NCBI RefSeq assembly: GCF_009914755.1
Contig: NC_060927.1
Source of the DNA: the human T2T-CHM13v2.0 reference genome, Homo sapiens
Strand: one strand, 5' to 3'
DNA length: 64,000 nt
Positions within the stretch are counted from its first letter, which is position 1. Each line of letters starts with the position of its first letter. Made by a program: the position numbers and the translations under genes. The notes below the pieces were generated by a model, which did no database searches, was not told the origin of the DNA, and was given only the letters and a program-made list of their open reading frames with translations. Below, piece by piece: positions 1 through 14,098 of the stretch.

Positions 1-572
1 AATATAAATAAAATGTGGAATTTCATGCCCAGTACAAAGTGAGGTCACAGTAGATTTTAGATACCTTCTCTTCATAATTACATCTTTTCACAATGTATTT
101 TCTCTCCTAGTCTTCTGAACAACCTCATTAACACCACCCTAAGGATATAGAGTAGAGAAAACACAGTTAAAGACTCTCCCTTTGAGCAGGCCCAATGAGA
201 CCTTGTCCAACTGGTCCAGCAAAAAGGGGCTGTGATATCCAATATTTATCTTGGGAGCAGGTTTTGCAGTTGCTGACATGATGAGCTATAATATGAAATT
301 TTATCACTGATACCCAAGCTGTGATGCCATCATGCATGGGGTCTCGAACATTGCTGACAATTTGAGGCCTGATAACATTAAAGGGCTACCCAGGTTCTCC
401 TATCAGGGTATAGCAGGGTGGTATAGTGGATAATCTCCTGAAATTAAGAGTCTTGGACAGGTTCCACCAATTACCCTTATTATCAACTTTTTTGAAGAGC
501 CCTGAAAATTACACTTTATGGACTGCCAGTTTAATTCATGAACAAAGCTCTTAAATGCTGCTAAAAATACAT

Positions 573-890
573 GGCCAAGTGCAGTGGCTTATGCCTGTAA
601 TCCCAGCACTGTGGGAGGCCAACGCAGGTGTATTGCTTGAGCCCAGGAGTTCAAAACCAGCCTGCGCAACATGGAAAGACACCATCTCCACAAAAATAGA
701 AATAAAAAATTAGCCAAGCATGGTGGTGCATACCTGTAGCCCTAGCTCTTCAGGAAGCTGAAGCAGAAGGATCACTTGAGCCCAGGAGGTTGAGGCTGTA
801 GTGAGCTATGAACACACCACTACACTCCAGCCTGAATGACAGAGCTAGACCCTATCTATCTATCTATCTAAATTAATTAATTAATGAAAA
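573..890 (+). mobile_element. AluJ, full length; tail converted to (CTAT)n/(TAAT)n
   Basis: Dimeric Alu with J-type gaggttgaggctgtagtgagctatg. Confidence 0.9.
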
Positions 891-1024
891 TAGAATACAA
901 ACTGGAGAACCCTATTATAATCAGCACTGTTGTCATTATTATCATATACTGCTCTGTGAATTAACATAGACCATATGTCACATCATCCTTCTGGCCAAGT
1001 GGGTGTGTACATGTGTGTGATACA

Positions 1025-1148
1025 CTTATACATGTAAATAACCTCCCACACACACTCACAGTCACACACACACACATACATGCACATACACACACACTTA
1101 TACACATTCAAGTACACATTCATTCACACACACACAAGCACACACACA
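1025..1148. repeat. Degenerate (CA)n low-complexity tract
   Basis: Direct reading. Confidence 0.85.
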
Positions 1149-3424
1149 TTGTTAGCCAAAGCTTGATAACCCACACTTAGTTTTGATGAAATTAAATCCT
1201 GCCTTCAACACTTACAACGTAACCAGTCACATTATCCTCACTGCTTTTGGGCTCAGCAGTCTGCAAAACAGAGTCTTGGAGTTATCACTTATTATTCACA
1301 CCAAGGCACCTTTTTTAAGCTGATAAAAACTTTTCAATCAACAATGACTTTCATGACTTTGCTGAGTTGATATTTTATGTAAATAATCAGCAGATATAAA
1401 TGACTTCAAGTAAACATAAACTCCTAAAACATCTTAGGGACACTGAAACAAAGGATTGAGAGTAAATAAAAGATTTAAAGGTTTAAATGCATATTTTAGC
1501 AATCATACAATGCCTGTTCCAAATAATTAATTTTGACTTCCCACATCTAAATCATTTTCGTTTTTATTAGCTCTCCTCAAACAGATTTATATGATAATGG
1601 CCATTTTTCATAAGGGTAGAAAAAAGAAGGAAAAAAAAAGACTATAAGCCAAGAGAGGAAAAGAGGGAACTGCTCTTTCAGTATTATTAAATCCTAAAAT
1701 AAATACAAATTAATTACTACTTCAATGTATGTCAGAACACCTAAATTTGGGGGGCTTCAAAGAAAACCTATCTTCTTTTGTAACGCCAAGTGCAAATTTA
1801 GATTCATGAATGGCCACTCCTGGAAGCAGCAAGTCTCAGATTCTCCATGGGCAAGTCTGAATGAAAGCAAGCAATCATTTCTCCCATTAGTTAGTATTTG
1901 CCAGAATTTCTGGAGATGGGATGGCCTGAATTCATCTCTTTGGGGTATTTTCAAAGCACTACTTTAAAAAGAGTTAAAAGTGATGTGAACTCTTGTATGC
2001 TATTTCCAGGATTTACTTCATCTATTCACCTCTCATCGCATGATAGCCAAGCATCTGCTCTTTTCTGGGAGAACCATTCACAGGCCCTGTTCTCAAAGAG
2101 CTCAGGCAGTCATGGGCCAGGGGACCAGCAGAAGAGTAGATCAGAAGTTACAATCCAGTGTGCAGGGCTGTGGGTGTGAGGTAGCCCAGGTAACTTACAG
2201 CAGCCTCAAAGGGACGTGAAAGAAGCTGGGATTCCAGAAGGAAGAGGGGTCATGGGTGGCTGGGAAGCCTTGTTAGTGAGCAGTCACTCTCTCTCCAGTG
2301 AGGAAAGCATAAGGGAATAATGGGGTTAAACTTCAGAACCAGATAATTACTTTAAGAGGTGCCAAATCAGGGGCAAAGGCAAGCCCCATTACAAAAAGAG
2401 GTGGTGAAAATTCATGGCAGAGGCAGGAGCATATTTAGATAACTACATTAATTCCAGTCTTGATTCTGAAAGACTGCCTTAAAACTTGGCAATGCTTAGT
2501 GAATGGACGCTTGGCTGTTTAGCTCATATTCCAGTGAGAAAATGTATGGTTCTTTTTTCTCTTTCTGGAGGTGAGGTAGGAGAACCAAGCCCAATAATTT
2601 ACAGGTAGAAAATGGAAGCTTAGGACTAGAACCCTTGGAGGTGACTCCCAGTCCACTGATCTTTCTCCTCCACCACACTTTTGATCCTAGGTTCATTGTT
2701 CTAAGTTTTCTCTCTGATAAAGCTGACAATTCTATTTTAATCAGCAAGAGTAGGTAACACTTTATCCCTTTTTGGCCCCTCACATCACTTATTTTAAGTG
2801 CATTAGGTTTGTTAAGTATGGTTGCTAAGACCAGGAAGTTTGTGATCTATAGAGCATGTTACTGAGAAGTCACTCCGGTTAAAGGATAATTTTTTAAATT
2901 TAAGATAAAAACATGACTCTCGTGCAATATAAATTGAACACATGTCAGAATTTTTACATGGCTCATTAATTAATGAGAGAACCAGTAAGATGCTCCACCT
3001 TGTTCAAATGAGAACTCAATATATCACATATACATAGGCAATGAGGAATGCTGACAGGAATTTACAAATAGATGCAAAACCAGTCAGTAGTCACAGGATA
3101 AAGGGTAATAACTGACTATATTCCACCAGGCAAAGTTCACTTGCATTTCTTTGGACAAAAATCATTTGCATTAATATCAGTTTTCTACGACTTGCTTGAG
3201 ATGTAAAATAGCTCAAAGGCATTGAAAAAGGGGAGGTAATCTGAAAGGATATGCCAGACGGGACATCCAGATCAGTCATGTTTTTTGCCCATTTCAAAGT
3301 CTTTCATAATTTTTCCTAGCATCCTCTTGAGTTCTTTTAATAAATCTCAGAGGTTACCCAAGCAAGTAGTATTTCACAGAGGAGAAAACTTGAGTTAGAA
3401 TGGTTAAGTCACTTGTTGCAAGCC

Positions 3425-3565
3425 ATAAGAATCTCCTAAAAAATATTATTAAAATAGAGATTCCTGGGCTTCACCTAGACCTAGAGAGTCAAATCCTACT
3501 TGGAAATCTGTATGGTTAAATGTCCTCCTGGATTCTGATTATCTGCACTATCTGAGAACAACTGT
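3425..3565. mobile_element. MER5-type hAT-Charlie DNA transposon remnant between MIR fragments
   Basis: agattcctgggcttcacctagacc...ggattctgat...tgagaacaactg resembles MER5A; MIR-like flanks. Confidence 0.5.
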
Positions 3566-5012
3566 GACTTATCCAAAGATAGGCAGTGGGCCAGTGGCAG
3601 ACTCAAAAACCAGAACAGAGGTTTTCCGATTCTGTCAATGCTCTGTGCACAGGTCTGCACTGGCTTTCTGACCTGTGACTTGTGTACATTCTAATGTCCT
3701 TCACCCTGCAAGGTTTCAAGGCAGAGTAAGACAGAATAAGGCTCCCTTGGTGTCTCGTTTCTATTCTCTAAGTACATTACTGCTTGGCAAATGCATCAAC
3801 TTAATTAAAACTAAATGTAATTCTAATGCACCAATTTGATTTAAAAATAATCTTCACAGTCACCAGGACATCAAAATGCAATTAAGGCTATTTGAGGAAA
3901 GTCTCTGATGCATATTATGCTCTGATGCTGCACTATGTCAAGAAACCCAGATCTTCCCAAATGTCACTAATGTGTTTAGCAGCCTCCCTCTCACTCAAAT
4001 GCCTCTCTCATTTAGGTTCTGGAGAGCGTGATCCATGACAGTTCAAGAACATTTACCAAATTCCTTCCAAATTGCCCTTCAGTTGAATGCTTTTCTCTGA
4101 GCTGGTCTATGGACTTGGGAAAGTGCAGGCAGTCTCGTGGATATCAGGCTTAAGACAAAATCAAAATGCAAATTCAGGAGTTCCTTATTACATACCCATG
4201 TGCCAAGACTGTAAAAGATTCTGGACCAAGATAATGTAAATTGGGAAATAAGTTTGGTGAAAAATTAAGTCATAGATCTAAGATTAATGGAGCCATTTGG
4301 CTGGCTCCTTTTTCTGCCCCCTTCAGCTTGGTTTTTCAAGGGTATCTATTTTTGCTGAGTGACTGGTTGCTATAAACTTGATTTAAGGTTCGTTTTGCCT
4401 AATGAATGAGAAAGGGCAGGAAATATTAAAGAGGCTCAAAATAACTATATAGTAAAGTGGGCAGTTCTGATGAGTTTTGACACGGCATGGGTGGTGCAAG
4501 AGGCAGCTTGATTTAGTGGAGTTAGTTATAGATTCAAACCTTGCCTGTAAATGGTGAAATCTCTCTTAGCCTGCCTACTTGTATGAAAATGCAACTGTTC
4601 ATGACAACATTTAGTGAACATTGCCATCGCCCTCTAGGCTCAACCCTGCCAACATCTCCATTACAATCAGCCACCTGGGTAATAGAATACTAGGTCCAGC
4701 TCCTGGGCCCTGATACACCTTTGTGGTCACTACGTGGAGTGGACAAGGAAGGGGAAGAGGGACAGTATGAAGAGAGGGAGAAGGTTTTCCATAGCTCCGA
4801 ATCACACCAAATGTTAGCGTCTGAAGCCACTGAAGTCAAGGCTATTTCATTAACCAACCATCCCTGCCAAAAACCTAATGAGACATAAACGTAAAAGGCA
4901 ATGATTAGAATAAATCTTCTAATTTACAAGTGGAAAAATGCAGGTTTACATGAAAATTAGCAATTTTAAGCCCTACTGTATATCAATCACAGTGATAAAG
5001 ACTTAACTTTGA

Positions 5013-5303
5013 GGCCAGGCATGGTGGCTCGTGTCTGTAAGCCCAACATTTTGGGATGCTGAGGCAGGAGGATCATTTGAGGCCAAGAGTTAGAAACCAG
5101 CCTGGGCAACATCGTGAGATCCTATAAAAAATTTTAAAAGTTAGCTGGGAGTGGTGTCATGTACCTGTAGTCCCAGATACTTGGGAGGCTGAGCAGGAGG
5201 ATTGCTCAAGCCCAGGAGGTAGAGGCTGGAGTGACCCATGATTGCACCATTGCACTCCAACCTGGACAACAGAGTGAGACTGTCTTTAAAAAAAAGAAAA
5301 AAA
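5013..5303 (+). mobile_element. AluJ with TSD
   Basis: TSD aaagacttaactttg (4997-5011) / aaagatttaactttg (5302-5316). Confidence 0.92.
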
Positions 5304-5579
5304 AGATTTAACTTTGCAAAGTAAATATAGCTCACAATAATTTATCATGCATAATATATAAGTATATAAATATAATTGAGATAGCCAATCCTCAAAGAGA
5401 CATGTATTTGGGATTTTTGTTTGGGATCAGTTCTATATTTGTTTGTCATCTCCCCACCATGCTAGCATTTGCTTCTCCCTCAGGGATGACCCTTACTTTA
5501 AACAGTTTATTGTCTTTATCCTTTGAAATTACTGACATCTTGAAGGCAGTAACTATGTCTTTACAATAACAGCCACCAT

Positions 5580-5700
5580 CTAATGGGCGCTTATCTAAAT
5601 ATGCATTACAAATATTTTGTCATTTAGTCCTCAAAAAATATTGATGGGGTAAGTGCTATTATCCTAACCTTACAGATAAGAAAACCCAGGCTTAGATAAT
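5580..5700 (-). mobile_element. MIR fragment
   Basis: attatcctaaccttacagataagaaaacccaggcttaga matches the MIR core in antisense. Confidence 0.6.
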
Positions 5701-7512
5701 TTTTTTGATTTTTGTATCCCCCAATGCACACCCAATACCTGATGTTTTATAAACACTCAGAAAATACTTGAATGTCATAGAGTTTTCCTAGGATAAATGA
5801 GCAGAAATGGAGGAGTGAGACAAGACTCCTTTTCTTTGAATTTTAAAACATTCAGAAAGCAAAGGCCCTAGGGCATTCTGCTTTTACCATGTGCTTCCCA
5901 AAGTAGGGCCAATCTGAGGTCTCAGGTTGTCTCAGATAGTAGAGAAAATGTTTCTCTCAGAAGCAGTGTCCTCATCTGGAGGGTGTCGTGTCTCCTCTCC
6001 TAGGAATTTGTGCTCTACTTGGGGATTGGAGAGAGGCTGGGCTGGGCGGGGGATGCCTCAGGGCAACTCATACTCCTTCCTCCAAGACCCCACCCTGGAA
6101 GATCAAACCATCTTTCTAACATCTTGCAGAATAGTTCCATGTAGCTGGCCAAGCTCAGCTCATATCATTCATACCCTTTGTGTACACTGAGTCCCTGCAG
6201 ACAGTTTACCTGGTGGTGGAAGAGATGGTTCCAATGCCCATATGAAAAACTGAGAAATAAGAGAGACAGGACTGCTGAGAATGAACCCAGAAAGCAACCA
6301 TTGGTTCTCATGCACATGTGTGCAAGTACACACACACTCAAAATTAAACCCTGTCCTCCTCACTGGTAAGCCATAATTCTGTAGTTGCTTTTGTTATTTT
6401 ATTCTAATTCTTGTGAGCTCACAGCCCTTTCACCATTTCAAGAGTTCCTATAAATCATTATATAACTAACTTGCAAATCTTCCTCTGGGCCTATGGCAAA
6501 TTTTACTGAGCAAACAAAAGCAAAAGGCCAGCTGTGGTGCTCTGACCTCTTTTCACTAAAGGAAACTGATGCTTGAATTGTTTATGAATTGCATTATACT
6601 TTACATCATGGTATACAATTGTGGATTACAATGTAAGCAAAACCTTTACCTGAATGTACAATGCTCTGATTGAACTAAGCAAAGGAAATGTTTTTTAAGT
6701 AACTGGGGGCCCATCAAGTTGGTCCCAAGAATTTGGAAATAGAGTTAAATTGTAAACTCTAGACGTAATGTATCAAGAACATAAAGTCTCCTAAAAGCAA
6801 GAGAATAACTATTAAGCCAGAGAAGGACTTTTCTCAAATGTGCCTGTAGTGTGATAACCTGAATGAAGAATTATTCCATGGAAAGGGCCTGACAGCCACA
6901 GAAGCATGAAACAACTGAGGGCAGAGTCATGGATTAGCCAAGTCTAACCTGGGGAAAGGAGAATTTTAAGCATTAGGCCACCATTCCTTTGGGACCAATG
7001 GCACGGCTCTCCCTAAATTGAGCCAGTTGGCAGAATGTTTTCATTTGTTTCTTTGATGACATCGCACAACACACCAACACCATGGCAAGAGAAGATAACT
7101 AAATTAAGAAAGGGTTCAGAAGAAAACTCACAGTTGAGAGTGAAGGGTTGCCACTAAGGGCAACACAGAAGGTTGCTGTGGGAGTCAGGGTAACAGGAAG
7201 CTGGAGCTACAGTAGGCAGATTATGTATGGCAGGCTGTGGGGTAGGCTAGGTTTCCAGGGGCTCCCTGTAGATTGATTAATTTGAATAATTTTCACAGGT
7301 TCCAGGGCACAGGGGATGTCCCACATTATCTAGTACCTGGCTCTAGAATGGGACATTAGGGGTGGTACAGAGTGGCCCAGAGTACAAGAGCCCCCATCAA
7401 GGAGTTGTTGGGGTGCGGACTTAGTCAGCTGCTTAAGAAGGGGAACTGACCAGCCTCCAGCTAGAGCCTCAAAACTGGGTCAAGACTAATTTTTAACAAA
7501 TAATAATAAGCG

Positions 7513-7845
<333 letters not shown>

Positions 7846-8279
7846 TTACACAGAGTGGTTTCATCTTGCATGCCTACTCAGATCCACCACCTAGAGCCCA
7901 GTGTTGAAAAGGATTCTAAATCAGAAGGCAGGCTCTGTGGGAAAGAGTGCTGAGATTGTTGGGTGATGCCTGGAAGGATATGGGGGCAGTAAAAAATCCC
8001 ACAAGCCACAGATTTGCTGGCCTAGATGTTAGAGAGTTACTACCTTGGATTCAAGGGCTACCCTCGAGCAAGATCCTCTCTATAGTGAAAAAGAGGCATT
8101 AGCTATCTCTGCCAGGTACTTAGAGCGTTTGGCTAATCTCAAGAGGAGTCTACTGGTCCTTTTTGGCTACATCTTCTAACTTCCCTCATAGTCCTTATGC
8201 CAATTTACAATTATATACTTAATAATTATACATATGTGATATGTTTATTATTAGTATCTATTTATTAAGTTTTTTTATC

Positions 8280-8460
8280 TATTTACTTGTTTATTGTCTA
8301 TCTTTCTCACTATACTATTAGCTCTAGTGAGGATTTTATTCACCAGAGTAAACCCAGTGCCTAGTAAGATGACACTCTTTCAGAGCCCACATTCTATAAA
8401 TATTTGTTGAATGAGTGGGTAAACAAAAACCAAAGAAATAATAAATGGATAAATAAATCA
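8280..8460 (+). mobile_element. L2 3' end fragment
   Basis: cccagtgcctag...ataaatatttgttgaatgagtg. Confidence 0.6.
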
Positions 8461-8705
8461 CTCACCAAGCAATTTTCTGATCCTGGTGGAGCTCTTTTTT
8501 AGGAAAGGACAGAACCCTCATCACACTTCCAGAAGTATGTCTGGTATTTCTCATAAGATTATAGCCTGTTATCCCAGTGAGTGCCTTATTCTAATGTGTA
8601 ATTCAGTTAATGAGGGTCAAGTGCTGGGGACTGTCCACCTCTAGGCACAGCCAAGAGTGAGTCTCTCAGTAGACTATAAAAATAGAGGTCGGATTGAGGC
8701 AGCAC

Positions 8706-8779
8706 CCTCTTTCACCCTTAGGGAAAGGTACCTCCCACAGTCTGCCTCTTTCACTCTTAGGGAAAGGTACCTCCCCCAG
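8706..8779. repeat. Two-copy tandem duplication, 39-bp period
   Basis: cctctttcacccttagggaaaggtacctcccacag (8706-8740) vs cctctttcactcttagggaaaggtacctcccccag (8745-8779), 33/35 identical. Confidence 0.95.
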
Positions 8780-9412
8780 CTTTATTACCTATTTACAGTT
8801 TCTGCCAGAGCAGCAGCAAAGTCATTGTGTTTGATACTGACTCATGGTTTCTTAGGTTACTGGTTTAAATAAAATCTGCTGGGGCTTAGAAGATTTTTCT
8901 ACATTGACTTTCATCCTTGCTGCTTAATTAAATCCCTGACCTGGGAAAGAGTGATTTTCAGCCACCTCGCTTTCTGCGGCATCAGCATGAAACTGTGACT
9001 GTTGAAATACCAAAATGCCAGTTGTGCTTAATGCTGCAGATGTGACAAGCCTGTTATATTTGGAATCCCTGATGAAGATAGATATTAACTGAGAATTGAA
9101 AATGACAGCAAAGGAGATTGGATCAGAATAGCAAAATGAATACGCAAATCTACTTTTGCTCCAATTCCTAAACATGTCAGAAAATACATTTTTTTTAACA
9201 CATCTATAACAGTACTAGAAAACAAGAACGCATGCTAAGAGAGAACCAGAAATCTTGGGAATTTCCTCGCAGACTACAGCAAATGCAGTTGAATTGTGAA
9301 CAATGAAGATGACCAGAGACCAAAGAATACTCAGGACAAAACAGCTATAGAAGGGGGAGCACATTTAAAGAGACCCGGAATGCACAGGACTTCACTGAAA
9401 AGCGTGAGAGTC

Positions 9413-9836
9413 TGCAGTGGATTGATTGCATTAATGGCCCTAATTATTCACCCCCCCTCCCCATATTCATGCCCCTGTCATGGGACTTTGCAGTTCCTCC
9501 CAAAACAGAGGTGGATGGAGCCTGTTACCCTATCCCTTGAGTCTGAACTGGCCTTGAGACTTGCTTTGGCCAATGAAATGAAGCAAAGTGACAATGTGTC
9601 AGTTCTGGATCTAAGCCTTAGAGGCATCATGTGCTTTGCATGTTTCCACGCACTGCTCCTGAACTTTGATCATTGCTATGAAACTGACCTTCCAAGGAAT
9701 GAGAAATGTGGAATAGGGCAAAGTCACCCCAGTCACCTCAGCAAAAGCCAGCCAACACCCAGGCCTGTGAGTGAGCCATTGGGGTTTTGTGGCTGTTTAT
9801 CACACAGCATTACTGTGACAATACATAAGTGATACA
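9413..9836 (+). mobile_element. MaLR solo LTR (MLT1H-like)
   Basis: gacttgctttggccaatgaaatg core; ends ...gtgataca. Confidence 0.7.
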
Positions 9837-10719
9837 GTCTCAACTGTATTCATAGCACCGCATTACTACTTATAATGAACAATTGGCAGCAATGATGTTG
9901 AACTCCAGAATTAAGCCAACACCTATACTCTAAAGAAAAAGAACCCATGCCTAAGGAGGGCTCTTATGTGAGCATAGAAGCCTGGGAAATAAGAACTGTG
10001 TTGAGATAACTCTGGACCTTCAGACCTTCTAGAGGGCATGGAAAAAAGGAAAAGGCAGCTCTACTTAGGAGAAAAATAAGCTGACCTTTTCTCTCACCAG
10101 TGGTAAGAAAATCCTCCTTGCTACAGCTATTAGGATAGGAGGAGGAGGCGGCACCATACTGCTTATCTGCTATACGTTCAAGTATCCAAAAGGGAGGAGA
10201 CGCACCAATTGACACACGCTGCTCCCTTAAACAGAGCCTGTAAATAGCCCTTGCACTTGAAAGGGAGACCCATGGCAGACCATAGGTATAGAATAGCGGA
10301 GAAGCCTGTCCACATCCACCTACCTCCATTTTCCATTTTCAGTCTTTCATAAAAAGAGATAACCAAGAAACATTAGATTTTAGAAAAAATACTTGACATA
10401 AAAAAGAAGTAATAAGATAAAGGATAGGCCAACTAATTTCAGAGGAAACAAATATTCAGTAAAAGAAAGAAATATTGTTTTGAAAATATAATAATCTCTA
10501 TACAATCCATTATAACATTGCATCCATGATGGAAAGCCACTTTCAGAACTCTTTCAGAAAAGAATAAGGAAATAATGAGAAAGAAAGAAAAATTTCAGAA
10601 ATAATAAAGAACCCTTAGAAACTATTTTTTTCTAAAAATGTTTTCTGAAAACTTTTTCTAAAACAATTCTCAGTATTATGATAAATAATAGAAGACAAGC
10701 CCAAATACAAAATAAATGA

Positions 10720-10930
10720 TCAGGAAAATAAAATTGAGAAAAAAATTTAAGAACATAGAGGAAAATAAGACTGTAAGTGTGTAAGAAAGACAAAAAATGT
10801 GAGGATGGATTCAGAAGGTCCAGTATGTGTTGACAAGAAGTTCCAGAAGGAAAGAAGAGAGAACATCATAGATGGGAGAAAAACATGAAAGAAATAGTAG
10901 AGAAAGTTTTCCCAGTGTGAAAAATAACAG
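10720..10930 (+). mobile_element. Ancient L1/HAL1 ORF1-like remnant
   Basis: A-rich; gttccagaaggaaagaagagag...aaagaaatagtagagaaagtttccca resembles the ORF1 'gvPE..E..I.EnFP' region. Confidence 0.4.
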
Positions 10931-11389
10931 CCTTCCAATTGTCACAGCTGTGTTGAATAGAAAGAATTAAACAACAAAAACACATTAGTCTTCAGCCAAA
11001 CCCAAGTAATTCTTGATGAATGATGTAGAATGTTGACACACACACACACATGCACACATACACAAATCTAGTACAAAACTCCAATTACACCAGCATAAAA
11101 GATGGCAGACAGGAAAAATGGAGCTAAGCAAAAGTGTGCTAGGTTTTGAGAGGGTATTGGGAAGGTGTAGATAATGATAAAGATAATGACCAATTCTAGA
11201 TGTCAATACTAAACAAAAAAAATACATGAACATATCTATGTATAAATGTAAGTGTGTGGGAAGGAGTCTAGAAGGACACACAGGGGACGGGAGGTAGATC
11301 ATGGGGCTGAGAAGAAGGGAGATTTGTATCTTGAAATTTTGGAGCTTCATGATCATTTATGTATCAAACTACAGGTAACAGTTATTTTT

Positions 11390-11738
<349 letters not shown>

Positions 11739-11896
11739 CTATTTTCTTGGTAGGAAGAACTGGTAAAAGTTATATTTACTTTATTTCTATTTCTTTTAAG
11801 ACTATTTGTGTAAATGAGAAATGATTACTCCTGACTTTAAAGTATGTTATTTTTCTTTTTTTTTCCTTTACCTAACTCATTCATTCTTCATTTTAG

Positions 11897-11948
11897 GCCA
11901 GGAGACATAATTACTCTTTTAGAGGATTCCAATGAAGACTGGTGGAAA
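11897..11948 (+). CDS. STAC: STAC internal coding exon (52 nt), part of first SH3 domain: (x)PGDIITLLEDSNEDWWK
   Basis: Acceptor ttcttcattttag|G and donor AAA|gtaagt. 1+17x3 nt, open, with the SH3 acidic loop-WW motif. Joins in frame to the next exon. Peptide recognised as STAC1. Confidence 0.95.
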
Positions 11949-12048
11949 GTAAGTGTTCCTCTTTCTTTAAAAAAAAAAGAGAAAATCTTTTGGTAACTAT
12001 TATAATACATGCTACAATTGTGGATGCATGCCTCCTTTTTCCTTTCAG

Positions 12049-12186
12049 GGGAAAATTCAAGACAGAATTGGCTTCTTTCCAGCCAACTTTGTTCAGAGAC
12101 TACAACAAAATGAGAAGATTTTTAGATGTGTTAGAACCTTCATTGGGTGTAAGGAACAGGGGCAGATAACACTGAAAGAGAATCAG
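12049..12186 (+). CDS. STAC: STAC coding exon (138 nt): GKIQDRIGFFPANFVQRLQQNEKIFRCVRTFIGCKEQGQITLKENQ (end of SH3-1, start of SH3-2)
   Basis: Acceptor cctttttcctttcag|GGG, donor CAG|gtgagt, phase 0/0. Contains the SH3 GxFPxNFV motif and lies inside tracked ORF 12028-12273. Preceded by a 100-nt intron. Confidence 0.97.
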
Positions 12187-13040
12187 GTGAGTAAACCACA
12201 CAAACACATTCCAGATATGAGCCAAATAGGGTGTCATTTTAATAAACTTAATAATATGTATAAATCTGAATGAGTGGGGTCACATTCAAAGTATTCACTT
12301 TGAGAAAAGATATACTTACTCCAATGATGTCAGTGTTGTAGGAGCTAAACATGCAAACTAAAATTTTAGGAATCTCACTTGGTGATACCTGTTCATAAAC
12401 GAAACGTGATAGTGGCAGGCGACGACATCTCGTCCCCCATGCTCTTCTCAGAAGACCACCGGTCTCTGATGTGGACAGCTTCTCTCATTTGGGCTCTGAG
12501 TTAGCGTCCAACAAAGGTGTGGTTAATTCTTCAGTGCTCTCTAACAAATACTTCGTTATTAGTTGTTGCTATTAGGAACCTCTTGGGTTTTCTTATCTGG
12601 ACTCCAAGTCTCTACCTATTCACTGAAGCCCATAACACCTTCATATCATTGCAAAAGACACGGACTAAATTTAGATAACCAGATACTATCTCAGGCTCAT
12701 AAATGAACAATCTCTGTATGTCTAATCTAGAGGTGCCTGTCACCATCTTGCTCCAGGGCCATGTTGAATGTAGAGTTCTCTTTGATGCTGTCAATTTTCC
12801 TGAGAAGTAAAATGTGAACCCCCACATTTGTATGTCTTTAAGCTCCACCATCTCATGGCTGGAATGTTGATAGAGACAAAGAAACAGCATTCTCACACTT
12901 TAGCTCTCTGGCCTACTCTTCCTGTCTTTGTCTTCCAGCAGAGAGAGGCCTTCCTACCCTGCCTTCTTCTCTGACTGCAGCTCCCCTCAGGTCATGTCCT
13001 GTGTCCTCACTACAGAGTAAAATAATATGCTTGGACTTAC

Positions 13041-13340
<300 letters not shown>

Positions 13341-13782
13341 TTATTTCCTCTCCTAATAAAGTCTCACAGAGGACTTTAATTTTCAACTTTGGAAGTCAAA
13401 AATCTTTCCTCTGTTTCTTTCTGCATTCTTGGTATAAGAATTTTATTATTTCCCAAGGTAATGAATGCCTGAAGTTGAAATTGATAAGGCTCACCCTACA
13501 AGGAAGTTCACAATGAAAAAGGCATTAATAATTTTAATACATCTCTGTTCAACAGAGTTGCCGAAAACACATCTTGAATGCCTTTTTTAGGATTGCCTCA
13601 AAGATAGTTTCTAAGTCACACAAGAAAATCAGTCATTACCTTAAAATTATAGCTATTTGTAATTTTAAAAATTGTTTTGTCCCACTTAATCAACCATTGT
13701 ATAGTCCACATGTAGCTTTAACTGACTTTATCATTTTCAAACTAACAAATATATCCTCAAAGAATAATAATTCACCTTTTCT

Positions 13783-14098
<316 letters not shown>

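Noticed and set aside
4620-4642. CTCF-like motif (gcctagagggcga on minus)
   Set aside because: Lacks the 5' CC of the core; cannot be supported without ChIP data.
7130-7490. Possible ancient ERV LTR fragment
   Set aside because: I could not assign family or boundaries reliably.
9296-9832. 178-aa ORF
   Set aside because: GTG start, mostly inside an MLT1 LTR, no recognisable domain.
11911-11923. Cryptic acceptor ttactcttttag inside the 52-nt exon
   Set aside because: Use would remove 26 nt and frameshift; explained by coding sequence, with no evidence of use.
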